This document shows positions 18,643 to 28,768 of a stretch of 64,000 nucleotides of DNA, piece by piece. The stretch is from IMG/VR virus record IMGVR_UViG_2786546122_000004, positions 3,022 through 67,021 of that record. The stretch is one strand, 5' to 3'. The translations under genes and the position numbers were made by a program. The number at the start of each line of letters is the position of its first letter. Within the stretch, counting starts at the first letter, position 1. Below the pieces are notes generated by a model. That model was not told where the DNA came from. It saw only the letters and a list, made by a program, of their open reading frames with translations, and ran no database searches. This DNA is from a virus.

Positions 18643-19962
18643 TTATTCAGATTCTTTATTAACGTATGTATGTATTAATTCCTTGAATATTGACTCAAGC
18701 ACAGTTACAGTAATTGAATTACCGGCTTGCTTATATAATTGTGAGTTACTTATTCCCGCAGCAAAAGCTTTTTCAAAATCTTCGTCATCAAAAGCCTGTA
18801 GCCTAAAGCACTCTAACGGTGTTAATCTTCTAATTCTGTATTTTGGATATTCTCCAACCGCTACCCCGTGTCTGTCAATTGTGTTTACTGTAAATGCTGG
18901 TTCACCGTCATCTTTAAATCTTCTTCCATTTTGTCGCTTCTCCCCCCTTTCTGGGGTTAATACTGGCCTTACCTCAACAACTGCATTTTGTTTTTGGTTC
19001 CTATTCAATCCTCTCCAGTCAGAAGCAGAAAGCGTATGAGATACAGCTAGTTCTCGTCCAAGCCCGCTTTTTCTGGAGTACTCAACTGCAATTTTCAGTC
19101 CCTCTCCTTTATTAGTGGTAATTGTGGGGCTTAATCCAGATGAATTATAAACATTTCCATTCATTCCATTACCAGAGGGATTAATATTACCTACTTGCTC
19201 AACAGTAAGATTTTCATTAAGTCGACTTGTAGACAGCTCTTTGATCAAACTGTTTGTTTTATCTTCATTCAAGTAGTACTTTTCATCAACGTATTCTTCT
19301 AATAAATCTTTTAGCCTCTTCGTAGCAGCCGATTGAGCTGTCCATCTAAAATTAAAGCTTTTAATATCTAATTCTGCCAATCTCTGTTTCCCTTTTTGAA
19401 GTATATCCTTTCTTTTAAAATCCAAAGACCATTCTTCATTTTTAATTAAATCTTCTCTAATTCCAATTATGTAAAGTCGCTCCCTATTTTGTGGAACATT
19501 AAAGAATTTTGAATTAAGCAGCTCTAGGTCAATTCTGTACCCAACTTCACTGAAAGCTTCAGCCATAACATTTAATGTATTTCCTTTATCATGGTTGATC
19601 AACCCTTTAACATTTTCAAAAACAAAAAACTTTGGTTGCTTTTCCTTAAGAGTCTCAACGTATTGAAAAAACAATGTCCCTCTTGTATCTTCAAATCCCT
19701 TTCGATGGCCGGCTACACTAAAGCTTTGACAAGGAGATCCTCCAACTAAAAGATCAAATTCAGGTAGTTTTTTCTTATCAATCTTGCTTACATCTCCAAA
19801 ATTTAATTGCTCATCAACGTTGTGAATTGCACAAAAAGATTTGACGGCATATTTATCAATCTCACTAAAACCAACCAGCTCATAACCAACCCCAATGTTT
19901 CTTAGTGCAGCTTCAAATGCACCGATCCCACTAAAAAGACTCATTACACGTAGTTTACCCAA
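18643..19962 (-). CDS. mtbP: multispecific DNA (cytosine-5) methyltransferase, M.SPR type
   Basis: FSGIG, GSPCQ, ENV, QNRER, YKQAGNS; 439 aa; three TRD-like segments (PTIT, HTLS, FTVN). Confidence 0.95.
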   Translation of the reverse strand: MGKLRVMSLFSGIGAFEAALRNIGVGYELVGFSEIDKYAVKSFCAIHNVDEQLNFGDVSKIDKKKLPEFDLLVGGSPCQSFSVAGHRKGFEDTRGTLFFQYVETLKEKQPKFFVFENVKGLINHDKGNTLNVMAEAFSEVGYRIDLELLNSKFFNVPQNRERLYIIGIREDLIKNEEWSLDFKRKDILQKGKQRLAELDIKSFNFRWTAQSAATKRLKDLLEEYVDEKYYLNEDKTNSLIKELSTSRLNENLTVEQVGNINPSGNGMNGNVYNSSGLSPTITTNKGEGLKIAVEYSRKSGLGRELAVSHTLSASDWRGLNRNQKQNAVVEVRPVLTPERGEKRQNGRRFKDDGEPAFTVNTIDRHGVAVGEYPKYRIRRLTPLECFRLQAFDDEDFEKAFAAGISNSQLYKQAGNSITVTVLESIFKELIHTYVNKESE

Positions 19963-19991
19963 TAAACAACCTCCATATATTTTATTTTTAT

Positions 19992-20019
19992 TCTAAATAA
20001 AATTGATCTTTTATTTAGA
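19992..20019. repeat. 28-bp gene-junction palindrome (perfect copy)
   Basis: TCTAAATAAAA-TTGATC-TTTTATTTAGA. Confidence 0.85.
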
Positions 20020-20662
20020 TACCCTTGTTCTTGTTACGAATAAATTGCTTATAATCATGTAGCAGCCACTGATTAATCTTTTTTAAACTTTCAAAGTTAA
20101 AAAATCCTTTTTCAATGTACCATCGAAGCAAGCTACTATTTTGTTTTGAGCTATTACATGTTTTACAAGCAGGCACGCAATTACTCAAATTGTTTGCGCC
20201 GTTATGTTTAACATGTTCTTTATGCAGGTCTTGTCTAAACTTTATTCTATGCTCCTTTTCAGAAAGTCCACAATAAGCACAGCTATAGTTAAAGTAATTT
20301 TTACACGCTATCCATTCATCAACAGTAATTTCATGATTCTTGGTGTTCCGTTTCAGTGAATAGATTTTTAATCTTTCTTTGTTATTAATGTGCCATTTCC
20401 TTAGGCCACCGCTTCCCCGCCATTTTTCATTATATTTTCGCTGCATTTCTTTAAGTTCAGGCTTATCCTTATACCTTTTTAAGTTCTTTTTAAATTGCTC
20501 TTTATTGTTTTTAATCCACGTTGTTGACTTTTGCTTGCAACAAGTTTTACAATCTGGTCTTAAATAGACATAACTCTCTCCGTTTTTCTTCCTTTTGACT
20601 TGCTTATAAAAGTGTTCGAAATCTTTTTCAGTAAGACAAACACTACATGTCTTTTTGTTCAC
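20015..20662 (-). CDS. free-standing HNH endonuclease
   Basis: CAYCG...LHKEHV...NNLSNCVPACKTCNSSK plus N-terminal CxxC pairs. Confidence 0.85.
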   Translation of the reverse strand: MNKKTCSVCLTEKDFEHFYKQVKRKKNGESYVYLRPDCKTCCKQKSTTWIKNNKEQFKKNLKRYKDKPELKEMQRKYNEKWRGSGGLRKWHINNKERLKIYSLKRNTKNHEITVDEWIACKNYFNYSCAYCGLSEKEHRIKFRQDLHKEHVKHNGANNLSNCVPACKTCNSSKQNSSLLRWYIEKGFFNFESLKKINQWLLHDYKQFIRNKNKGI

Positions 20663-20714
20663 TGGTTTTTCTACTTAAACTCAACTCCTTTAAGGGAACA
20701 TGACTAGTGCATGA

Positions 20715-20978
20715 CTAGTTTATTTTCAATACCTCTAACGTTATGCCCTTAGGAATTCCAATTACATTGTTGTGTTCATCTTGCAACGCAGTACCTAAGG
20801 AATTAAAAATCATACCCGCTTGCTGCTGAGATACGGTTTCATCAAACCTTACGATTACCTTGTCTTTTTCATTTACATTTATGATTTTCTTTTCGTTAAC
20901 ATTTCCATCTATATTTTGTAACTCAAGTAACATCCTTTTCAATTTTTCTCCCCCTATATTATTTGAATCTCTACTCAA
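20715..20978 (-). CDS. hypothetical phage protein
   Basis: ORF track; overlaps yorR stop. Confidence 0.6.
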   Translation of the reverse strand: MSRDSNNIGGEKLKRMLLELQNIDGNVNEKKIINVNEKDKVIVRFDETVSQQQAGMIFNSLGTALQDEHNNVIGIPKGITLEVLKIN

Positions 20979-21468
20979 ACAATTGGATTAAATCTTCAAC
21001 AATCTCATCGCTGCCCCATTGTCCTGTATCCCATGAATATGTATGTAATCCAGCACTGCTCATAACTTCTCTGTATAACTCCAAAATTGAATCAATGTCT
21101 TTTCCTTCAATATACTCATCTCCCCGAATGCTTAACCGTTCCTTAATAACACTTGGATCAGCATGCAAGTATACAACCTTTGCTTTCAATTTAATTTTAT
21201 CCTCAATAATTCTAAGCTGCTGTTCTGTAAGGATCGAGTAATCTTTGAATTTCTTTGCATATACCAAGTTAGAATAAACAAACCTGTCAATAATCACGCT
21301 GTCTTCGTCAGCTAATCTGTTGAAGTGCTCAAATAATTTCTGATTCCCGCTTGTGGCCAACTCAAAGCTTGAACCTTTGATAATTGGATACTTCATAGCT
21401 TTGCTTAGCTTTGCTGCAACTGTTGATTTAAAGCAGCAATCAGGCCCCTCCAAGATAATTAATGCCAT
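20971..21468 (-). CDS. yorR: deoxynucleoside monophosphate kinase-like P-loop protein
   Basis: IILEGPDCCFKST, IIDRFVYSNLVY; 165 aa. Confidence 0.85.
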   Translation of the reverse strand: MALIILEGPDCCFKSTVAAKLSKAMKYPIIKGSSFELATSGNQKLFEHFNRLADEDSVIIDRFVYSNLVYAKKFKDYSILTEQQLRIIEDKIKLKAKVVYLHADPSVIKERLSIRGDEYIEGKDIDSILELYREVMSSAGLHTYSWDTGQWGSDEIVEDLIQLFE

Positions 21469-21623
21469 TAATCCTCCACCTTTCTTATTTTATGAAATCC
21501 AACAACCTGGTACGTACCATCAGAATACTTCACTTCCACCTGATTGTATCGATAATCAACTTTCGCAACAGCTCCAATCTCACCTGTAAAATCAACAATT
21601 ACCTTTTGACCTTTTTTAAACAT
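21468..21623 (-). CDS. yorQ: YorQ-like small protein (51 aa)
   Basis: Manual: MFKKGQKVIVDFTGEIG...RKVED; TAATG overlap. Confidence 0.6.
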   Translation of the reverse strand: MFKKGQKVIVDFTGEIGAVAKVDYRYNQVEVKYSDGTYQVVGFHKIRKVED

Positions 21624-21831
21624 AAGTTAAACCTCCCTTTAGTGGTGTTAATTCATGTTCTTTAAAGTAAGTAATGTCACCTGTTTCATCGCTAACTGCA
21701 TAGTCATATGTAGCTGAATGCAAATGCTCAATAATCTTTCCTTTTCTTCCAACATGATGAGGACAGCCATATCGTGCATTATTGTTAATTTCTACAGCTA
21801 GTCCAACAGGATAACTCCAGTATTTAGGCAA
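21616..21831 (-). CDS. yorP: YorP family protein
   Basis: MPKYWSYPVGLAVEINNNARYGCPHHVGRKG; 71 aa. Confidence 0.8.
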   Translation of the reverse strand: MPKYWSYPVGLAVEINNNARYGCPHHVGRKGKIIEHLHSATYDYAVSDETGDITYFKEHELTPLKGGLTYV

Positions 21832-21863
21832 TTTAATACCACCTCCCCTCAATAAAAAACCTC

Positions 21864-22061
21864 TTAATCTTCTGTTACTATTCTAGAAACCTGTTTTTCA
21901 TTAAACCCAAGGGACGACAAGAACCTCTTAAAATCATCTAACAACAATCCAGGGATTTCCCCTTTATGTTCTTCAATAATCGACGGTTTATAAGTCTTAT
22001 TTAATTTGGTTACCTGTCCATATTCATCTGTGAATGACATTTCAATTTGAATACACTTCAA
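21864..22061 (-). CDS. yorO: YorO-like protein
   Basis: 65 aa; synteny. Confidence 0.65.
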   Translation of the reverse strand: MKCIQIEMSFTDEYGQVTKLNKTYKPSIIEEHKGEIPGLLLDDFKRFLSSLGFNEKQVSRIVTED

Positions 22062-22095
22062 TTATCTCACCCTATTTTTTATTTTTGTCTTGCAT

Positions 22096-22245
22096 TTAAC
22101 TGCTTGTTGCCATAACAACATCATCAAAACGTCTTTCATCATAAGTTCCATCATAATAACTAAGTTCTACTGTTTCTGTTTCAGGATAGATCGCTTCAAT
22201 AATCCCACGCTCTCCAGTTGATTTTACCTTGGCCTCTTTATCCAA
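22096..22245 (-). CDS. yorN: YorN-like small protein (49 aa)
   Basis: Manual: MDKEAKVKSTGERGIIEAIYPETETVELSYYDGTYDERRFDDVVMATSS. Confidence 0.55.
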   Translation of the reverse strand: MDKEAKVKSTGERGIIEAIYPETETVELSYYDGTYDERRFDDVVMATSS

Positions 22246-22362
22246 AATGAACATCCTCTTCACTCTCTCTATGTAATAGTTTTCCTTGGGATAAATTTCA
22301 TGTTATGTATTGCATCGAACGAATTGTTGAAATGTTTATACCTTTCTGTTATTTGGATTGAT

Positions 22363-23085
22363 TTACCAGCTTACTCTTACATTTTTACGACCAAATGCAT
22401 TTGCTTCTTGCTCACTGTCCATCAGAATATCAATACGATTGTTTTTAATATCTCCTCCTGTATCTATTGCATATGCTTGAAAGCTATTCCCTTCATATGA
22501 AACTTGCACTAATGAATACAAAGGAATTATTTCTGGATCAACAGCGATTATTCTTTTTCCATTGTAATAGGATGTGTTTGATACATCATAGCCGGTTTTT
22601 GTTTTCCCTGTGCACCCTGTAGAACAAAACGCTGTGTAAGCAGTGGCAATCACTTCATGACTCTTCACTGCCTTTACATTAGTACTTTTTGAAGCAGATT
22701 TATCTTCACTTCTCTTTTTATTGGTTTTTTGCACTTTTTTTGTCTTTGTATGTTTTGCTGCTTTTTTATTTTCTTCTGTTAGATATGTAATCGTCGCATT
22801 AAGATACTTTTTTCTACTTTCAGCCTGCTTTTCTTCCTCACTCTTTAGCCTGGGAAGGATTCTTGGAACGTCAATTTCATGAATTAGTTTTTGGGTCACC
22901 TCTTTTTTATTTAGATAAAATGACTCTTTTATTGAGACTTGATTGTCCTGATGTGTATACAAGTTTTTAGCGCTATATACGAGCCCTACTCCTAACAAAC
23001 CAATTGTAGCAAAAAGTGTCATTTTGTTAATTCTATGATATACATATTTTTTGTGTTTGTCTATAAGTTTTTTGAAAATTTTCAT
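22363..23085 (-). CDS. yorM: membrane-anchored 3D-domain cell-wall-binding/hydrolase protein
   Basis: ATAYTA, IIAVDPEIIPL, AIDTGGDIKNNRIDI; N-terminal TM. Confidence 0.85.
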   Translation of the reverse strand: MKIFKKLIDKHKKYVYHRINKMTLFATIGLLGVGLVYSAKNLYTHQDNQVSIKESFYLNKKEVTQKLIHEIDVPRILPRLKSEEEKQAESRKKYLNATITYLTEENKKAAKHTKTKKVQKTNKKRSEDKSASKSTNVKAVKSHEVIATAYTAFCSTGCTGKTKTGYDVSNTSYYNGKRIIAVDPEIIPLYSLVQVSYEGNSFQAYAIDTGGDIKNNRIDILMDSEQEANAFGRKNVRVSW

Positions 23086-23107
23086 CTCTCCTATCATCAG
23101 CTAAGAT

Positions 23108-26100
23108 TTATATTTCTGCCCTTTTAGTTGTCAAACTCATATTTCCTTCATCATCAACATTGTCTATTCTGCAGACAGTGTGATTATATATGCTATCTTT
23201 ATAGACTTTCGGAATAAAATTGTTACCTCTTCTGAAACCAGTAAACATGAGCAATGTTCCTCTGGTATACCAAGATTTCTCGACTACCTCTTTCTTTCCG
23301 CCACCAATGGATCTAGAAATCTGTTTATTGTAATGACTAAAGCTGCCCGACCACTGTTTAACTGTAACCACCCCTGTTGGTGTTAGAAGAGTAATTGTAT
23401 GTTTGTTTTTATCCCTATCTAAAACAGTGCCTATAATCCGTGTAGTCTCATATTCATAGAGAGTTTTCCCTCTCCATTGATAAGGTTTACCTTTGACCGG
23501 CTCTGCTGGCAGTTTATAAAAGTCAGCAATATCATACTTGGCAAAGTTTACACCAGAAAGCTCATGGTCATTATAATAATAGCTCAATGAATCCATTTCC
23601 CACTTACCTAATGATCCATCGGCGTATTTTTCCCACTCTTTTATTAATAAACAATCATTCAATTTCTTCAGTGGTTCTTCTGTTGTTATCCAGGACTTTA
23701 TTTTAGACATCTTGTTATCATATTCTTTTTTAAAAGCTCTTTCAGAAATGACAAGCTGCCCGTTTAACATGTCAACTACACTATCCTCACTGAAATGCTG
23801 GTTATAAAACGAAGCTGATACATCATCCAATAAAAAAAGTTTATCTTTTGGCGACTTTAATGTTTTGTACACCTTTTTGCTGATGTAATCTTTAAAACGA
23901 AAGAATCTCACTTCTTGTGCAAATTCTGAAGGAACAATGTTGTTTTCAATTAGCATTTTTAAATTAGACAACGTAAGCTTACTTTTTGGTTCTGATATTA
24001 AGCTAATAAAGGCCTTCATGATTTCTTGCCTGTTTCCAAAAGAATCAAAGCAGCCTCCTTTTATTAATTGGATTACTTGTCCTTTCTTAATAATGCCGCT
24101 CTTAAACATTCTTTCAATAAAGTCGTTAAAGTCACTATATGGTCTATTTAGAACTATATGATGAATAACATCGTCTCCAATTCCATTCATTCCTTTAAGT
24201 CCAAATAAAATTGAATTGTTGTTAATATCAGTCCTAAAACCAAAATCAGCCTTATTTATATCTGGGAGGTCTATTTTAATCCCTCTTTGTCTGATGTTTC
24301 CAATGGCTGAAGCAACTTTTCCGTAGTTTGTAGCAGCTGTCTTTTTGTTGTCTTTTGTATCCTCGGTATCTATTCCTCCGCTGTTTACCGTTAAACAAGC
24401 AGTATTCCAGTATAAAGGATTATATCGATAGTTTAAGTTCAATTCCTGTAATGCAATAATTGAATATGCCAAGGTATGAAGTAAACTAAAACTGTAGCCA
24501 AACTGTCTTTTAAATTGAACATTCCAGACATAATTCAACAGGTTATCAGAAGTGCCAATCTCCTTTCCTTTTTTAAAAAACAATTCTTCCACTTCTTTTA
24601 ATACATCTTCTTTCTTTTTTGCTATGGATTTCCTAAGATAATTTGATTCTTTAATGTCAAAGTTAGCTATATCTTTATCCATTACCATCTGCATAACCAC
24701 TTCTTGAGTATCAGCAACACCATAAATGTCCTTAAGGTGCCTCTCCATTACTCTGATTTCCTTTTCGCTTAGACCGTACCGTGCCATTTCTTCATACCAT
24801 TTATTAAGGTTATTTTTGTATTTAACATATGTATCTACAGGCTGTTCTTCACCGTCTGACATAAGCCTCATTAAAGAATTGGTTACTGCTGCTTCAAGTA
24901 AGTTCTTAGGTTTTACTTTGACAACTGATTGATGACCGACTTCAGTTGAGAACTGGAATAAATCCATGATCTCCCCATTACCAGCCATTTCCCATAGCTT
25001 ATCATCTTCGTACTCAATTACGTCTGGATGGATGTATTTGTTGTAGGTTTCCTTTAAGCTTCCTTGCCATTCAATTTCTTTATTCTCGATTAATTGGTCT
25101 AATGTTACTCTAATCTTATCTAAAGCTTCAATTGTAAGAAGGTCAAACTTTACTGAGCCCATGGCTTCACTGTCACCCATATTAAACTGTGTAATATAAG
25201 CTCCTTTAGGAGTTTTCATCATTGCATTCGACTTTGTATATTCATCGTTAAAGATAATTACTCCGGCTGCATGAGAAGAGCGCTTATTAGTTAACCCTTC
25301 AATTTTTAGAGCTGTTTCTTTAAGATTAGGGTATTGTTCAACCTCCCTAATAAACTCTTTAATCGGCTTCCTGCCAGTTTCTTTGTCACCATAAAAACAA
25401 TGTGTTAAAGGCCAGTTAGATCCTCTTTCAAATGGAATCATTCCACTTAAATACTGGGATATATCATTATCGATTCCTAAGCCTCTACACGCTGTCTGAA
25501 GCGCTGATTTTGAACCCTCAGTTCCAAAAGTAGCAATTTGAAGAACACGTTTGTCTCCAAACCTTTCTCTAAGTGCCTTAAGAATTTTTTGTCTTTTTGA
25601 TCCTTCAGTATCAATATCGATATCTGGAAGGTCAGGTCTCGATTTATGTATATGTCTCCAATGTGGTAAATCATATTGCATTGGATTAATTTGAGTGTTG
25701 TCGAGTAGATAATTAACTAAGTAACCTGCAGCACTACCCCTGGCTGCCCCAACTAAACTATCTCCTCCACACTCATCATCCCAAATAATATTAATGATTT
25801 CTCTGACTGTTATGTAATAAGAAGACATAGACTGATTCAGCTTTTGGCTGATTTCCCAAAGTTCTCCCAGCTCAACGTTAATCCTGTTCAATATTTTATG
25901 AAAAGCTTCTCTCGTTAGTTCGCTTGTTTTTAATTTCTCTTCAAATCCGTCCTCAATTAACTTAAGGAGATATCTATCTTGTTCATCTGCTGATTCAGAC
26001 ATCTTTTTTATATATTCATATTGATCATATGCTGGTTTAAATAAATGTCTTAATTTAAAGTTAGGAAGCTCCATCTTAGGGATAATTGGTTCGTGCTCTA

Positions 26101-27025
26101 TAGTATAGTCTTCAATCATCTCACCAATGAGCATTGTATTTTTTATGGCCTGATCGATGACTTCTTTATCAATGTAGTCCATTCTCTCGTGAATTTCATC
26201 AACGTTTTGAACGAAACAGGCTTCATAAAAGGAATCAACTTCTCTTTCTCCATCCTTAGCGTTTAAAAAGGCTTGATGAATTGCTCTATCTTCTGGTCTT
26301 AGATAGTGAGCATCTGTTGTAACAATCATTTGCAAGTCATATCCGTTGGCTATATCTATCAGCTTCTTGTTACAGTAAATCTGTTCTTCACTCAGTGCAG
26401 GTTGAAGCTCGATAAAAAACTTATCCTTCCCAAAAACCTCAATACACCAAGTTATAAACTCATGAATCTTTAGTTTGTGCTGCTTAATTGACTGAGAATC
26501 ACCAGTTTCTTCAAAAGCCTTTATCTTTAACAGGTGAATGTTTACCTCAGATCCCAAGCAAGCTGTGGTAGCAATGATGTGGCCTGGATCTTTACTTAAT
26601 AGCTCCTCTACATCCTTTTTTACTGTCGGCACTCTTTCCATTGTTCCTGTATAAAATGAGTTTTCCCAGGCTTGAGAAGACAGTATTCTTAACTGCTCAT
26701 GTCCTTTTGGATCAATTGCCAACATCAAGAAATGAGGAAATTTTGTCACTCCGGATTTATAGTTATGTCGAACTTCCTCTAAAGAATCGACTAGGTACGC
26801 TTCATTGCCCAATATCAGTTTAAAATCTTCTGGCATATCCCCCTTCTTTTTCATTTCTCTAACTGTTCGAATAGCATCTAAATGTGCTGAGAGGACTTCA
26901 TGGTCTGTTATGGCCAATCCCTTATATTCCATCTTTACTGCAGTTTTGAGCAGTTCTTTAACTGAGTTTGTTGAGTCTAGAAGCCTTATGTTACTCCTAT
27001 CTGTGTGGCAGTGACATCCTATCAA
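23108..27025 (-). CDS. yorL: DNA polymerase III alpha (DnaE family)
   Basis: PHP HCHT and ITDH, ARGSAAG, PDIDID, KFDLL; 1305 aa. Confidence 0.95.
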   Translation of the reverse strand: MIGCHCHTDRSNIRLLDSTNSVKELLKTAVKMEYKGLAITDHEVLSAHLDAIRTVREMKKKGDMPEDFKLILGNEAYLVDSLEEVRHNYKSGVTKFPHFLMLAIDPKGHEQLRILSSQAWENSFYTGTMERVPTVKKDVEELLSKDPGHIIATTACLGSEVNIHLLKIKAFEETGDSQSIKQHKLKIHEFITWCIEVFGKDKFFIELQPALSEEQIYCNKKLIDIANGYDLQMIVTTDAHYLRPEDRAIHQAFLNAKDGEREVDSFYEACFVQNVDEIHERMDYIDKEVIDQAIKNTMLIGEMIEDYTIEHEPIIPKMELPNFKLRHLFKPAYDQYEYIKKMSESADEQDRYLLKLIEDGFEEKLKTSELTREAFHKILNRINVELGELWEISQKLNQSMSSYYITVREIINIIWDDECGGDSLVGAARGSAAGYLVNYLLDNTQINPMQYDLPHWRHIHKSRPDLPDIDIDTEGSKRQKILKALRERFGDKRVLQIATFGTEGSKSALQTACRGLGIDNDISQYLSGMIPFERGSNWPLTHCFYGDKETGRKPIKEFIREVEQYPNLKETALKIEGLTNKRSSHAAGVIIFNDEYTKSNAMMKTPKGAYITQFNMGDSEAMGSVKFDLLTIEALDKIRVTLDQLIENKEIEWQGSLKETYNKYIHPDVIEYEDDKLWEMAGNGEIMDLFQFSTEVGHQSVVKVKPKNLLEAAVTNSLMRLMSDGEEQPVDTYVKYKNNLNKWYEEMARYGLSEKEIRVMERHLKDIYGVADTQEVVMQMVMDKDIANFDIKESNYLRKSIAKKKEDVLKEVEELFFKKGKEIGTSDNLLNYVWNVQFKRQFGYSFSLLHTLAYSIIALQELNLNYRYNPLYWNTACLTVNSGGIDTEDTKDNKKTAATNYGKVASAIGNIRQRGIKIDLPDINKADFGFRTDINNNSILFGLKGMNGIGDDVIHHIVLNRPYSDFNDFIERMFKSGIIKKGQVIQLIKGGCFDSFGNRQEIMKAFISLISEPKSKLTLSNLKMLIENNIVPSEFAQEVRFFRFKDYISKKVYKTLKSPKDKLFLLDDVSASFYNQHFSEDSVVDMLNGQLVISERAFKKEYDNKMSKIKSWITTEEPLKKLNDCLLIKEWEKYADGSLGKWEMDSLSYYYNDHELSGVNFAKYDIADFYKLPAEPVKGKPYQWRGKTLYEYETTRIIGTVLDRDKNKHTITLLTPTGVVTVKQWSGSFSHYNKQISRSIGGGKKEVVEKSWYTRGTLLMFTGFRRGNNFIPKVYKDSIYNHTVCRIDNVDDEGNMSLTTKRAEI

Positions 27026-27037
27026 CTTTCTTCCCCC

Positions 27038-28768
27038 TTAAAACACAAGTTCTTTTTGTTTTGTGCGAACCACCTCCAATTCATAAATCTCGATTTGAGG
27101 TGTTTTCTTGCCTTTGTATTCATTTGCCTTTGCTTTGCCAATTACATTAATGACTAACGTTCCATTTGATGCAGTAAGCTGATTAAAGTAGTTCTCATCA
27201 CTTTTAAACCTTATGTATTCAATATCGCCATGCTTAAATTTAACAGTTGTCTTATTCTTTTTCCCTAAATGCTCAATTTGTTCGACTTCAATTTCAAGAT
27301 CCGTTATAGCTATTAAGGGTTCTTCAACTTTGTAACCCCAATAGTCTTTGTAACCATCAAGTTGAAGGATAAATTCTTTTCTCAATCGTTTTGCTGGGAT
27401 CTCAAAATCAACATTCTGAATATCTTTTTCGATATCTATGTCTTTAAATTTTTCATTCAGCACTTTGTTCACCAGGATTAAGTTCTGTCGTTTAATTGCA
27501 AAGCCAGCTGCATTTGGGTGACCTTCAACAAACTCAAATAATCCAGTATCTATAAGCTCTTTCTTAAAATCCTTTATAAACCCTTTATCATATCCTCGTA
27601 TAGAGCCACTCAAGATATCTTTACCTTTTTCGGGATCGTTTCTGGCTAACAAGACCGGCTTTTTATATTCTTCTGCAAGCTGATTGGCCACCAGTCCAGT
27701 TAGGCTTTTATCTAGAATTCCTTCAATGTAAACAATCAGTACTTTATTCGCTGTTAAACTTTTCTCCTCTATTCTATTTTTAATTTCAGCCCCAGCTGCA
27801 TCTGCAATCCGTTTCTGCTTTGCTTTTAGATTTCCTAGAATCCTAACTGTGTCATCATGTATTGACACAAGCTCAGTTTCACTTTGTCCACGTTTTTTGT
27901 AGGGTACCTTTTCTTTAGAAAGGAGGAATGCTCTCATCATTTGATCTTTTTCTTCACTGCTTCCAACCCTAATGGCAGCATTAATTAAGGGGTTAATAAA
28001 GAATTGTGTATTCTGTATGTTCTTGTCACCCTTGGTTGAAAACTCTTGCTTCTTAAATAGCTTTTTTAATAATGGATGCTTAATTTTCTTCAAACCTTCA
28101 TTCATAAAATACCGGGTTTCAAGGTTTCTTGAATCAGCCGAATCTGCTATGTTACCAATAGATACAAGGTCTAAGAATTGTTCAGCTTCATTTTTATTTA
28201 GCTTTTCATCAACTGCCTGGCAAAATTTATAGGCCATTCCTGCACCTGTCAGAGTTTTATTCGGATAATTAGGCGACAGTTGATTATTTACTACGATCGC
28301 ATGTTCAGACACTCGTTCACATTCATGGTGATCAATAACAATTATTTCTGCGCCTCTCTTATTAAGAGCCTCATGTTCGTCAAATTGACTTGAACCTGCA
28401 TCTGGGATTATGACTAAGTCAACATCATCAGGAATTGTATCAATAAAAATCCCATGCTCTTTCCCATCTTGAATTCTGTAATGTATATTAGCTTTCGGAC
28501 AAATCTTCTTTATGTAGTTTATAATGATTGAGCTGGATGTGTATCCATCAACATCACTGTCTACCTGAACAAACAATTTATTTTTATTATTTAAATGCTT
28601 AATAAGACAATCTGCAGCTTTATCAATATTATTTAGCTTTGAATAATGAATAACTGAACTTTGATCAACATTAACAAACAACTTTGGATCTTCTATGCCT
28701 CTATTTTTTAAGATAGTAGCTAAAGGATCGAAATTATAATCATTGTCGCCAATTAGTCTATACTCCAT
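27038..28768 (-). CDS. yorK: RecJ-like ssDNA exonuclease (DHH)
   Basis: DSDVDG, IIPDAG, IDHH, GHPNAAG. Confidence 0.93.
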   Translation of the reverse strand: MEYRLIGDNDYNFDPLATILKNRGIEDPKLFVNVDQSSVIHYSKLNNIDKAADCLIKHLNNKNKLFVQVDSDVDGYTSSSIIINYIKKICPKANIHYRIQDGKEHGIFIDTIPDDVDLVIIPDAGSSQFDEHEALNKRGAEIIVIDHHECERVSEHAIVVNNQLSPNYPNKTLTGAGMAYKFCQAVDEKLNKNEAEQFLDLVSIGNIADSADSRNLETRYFMNEGLKKIKHPLLKKLFKKQEFSTKGDKNIQNTQFFINPLINAAIRVGSSEEKDQMMRAFLLSKEKVPYKKRGQSETELVSIHDDTVRILGNLKAKQKRIADAAGAEIKNRIEEKSLTANKVLIVYIEGILDKSLTGLVANQLAEEYKKPVLLARNDPEKGKDILSGSIRGYDKGFIKDFKKELIDTGLFEFVEGHPNAAGFAIKRQNLILVNKVLNEKFKDIDIEKDIQNVDFEIPAKRLRKEFILQLDGYKDYWGYKVEEPLIAITDLEIEVEQIEHLGKKNKTTVKFKHGDIEYIRFKSDENYFNQLTASNGTLVINVIGKAKANEYKGKKTPQIEIYELEVVRTKQKELVF

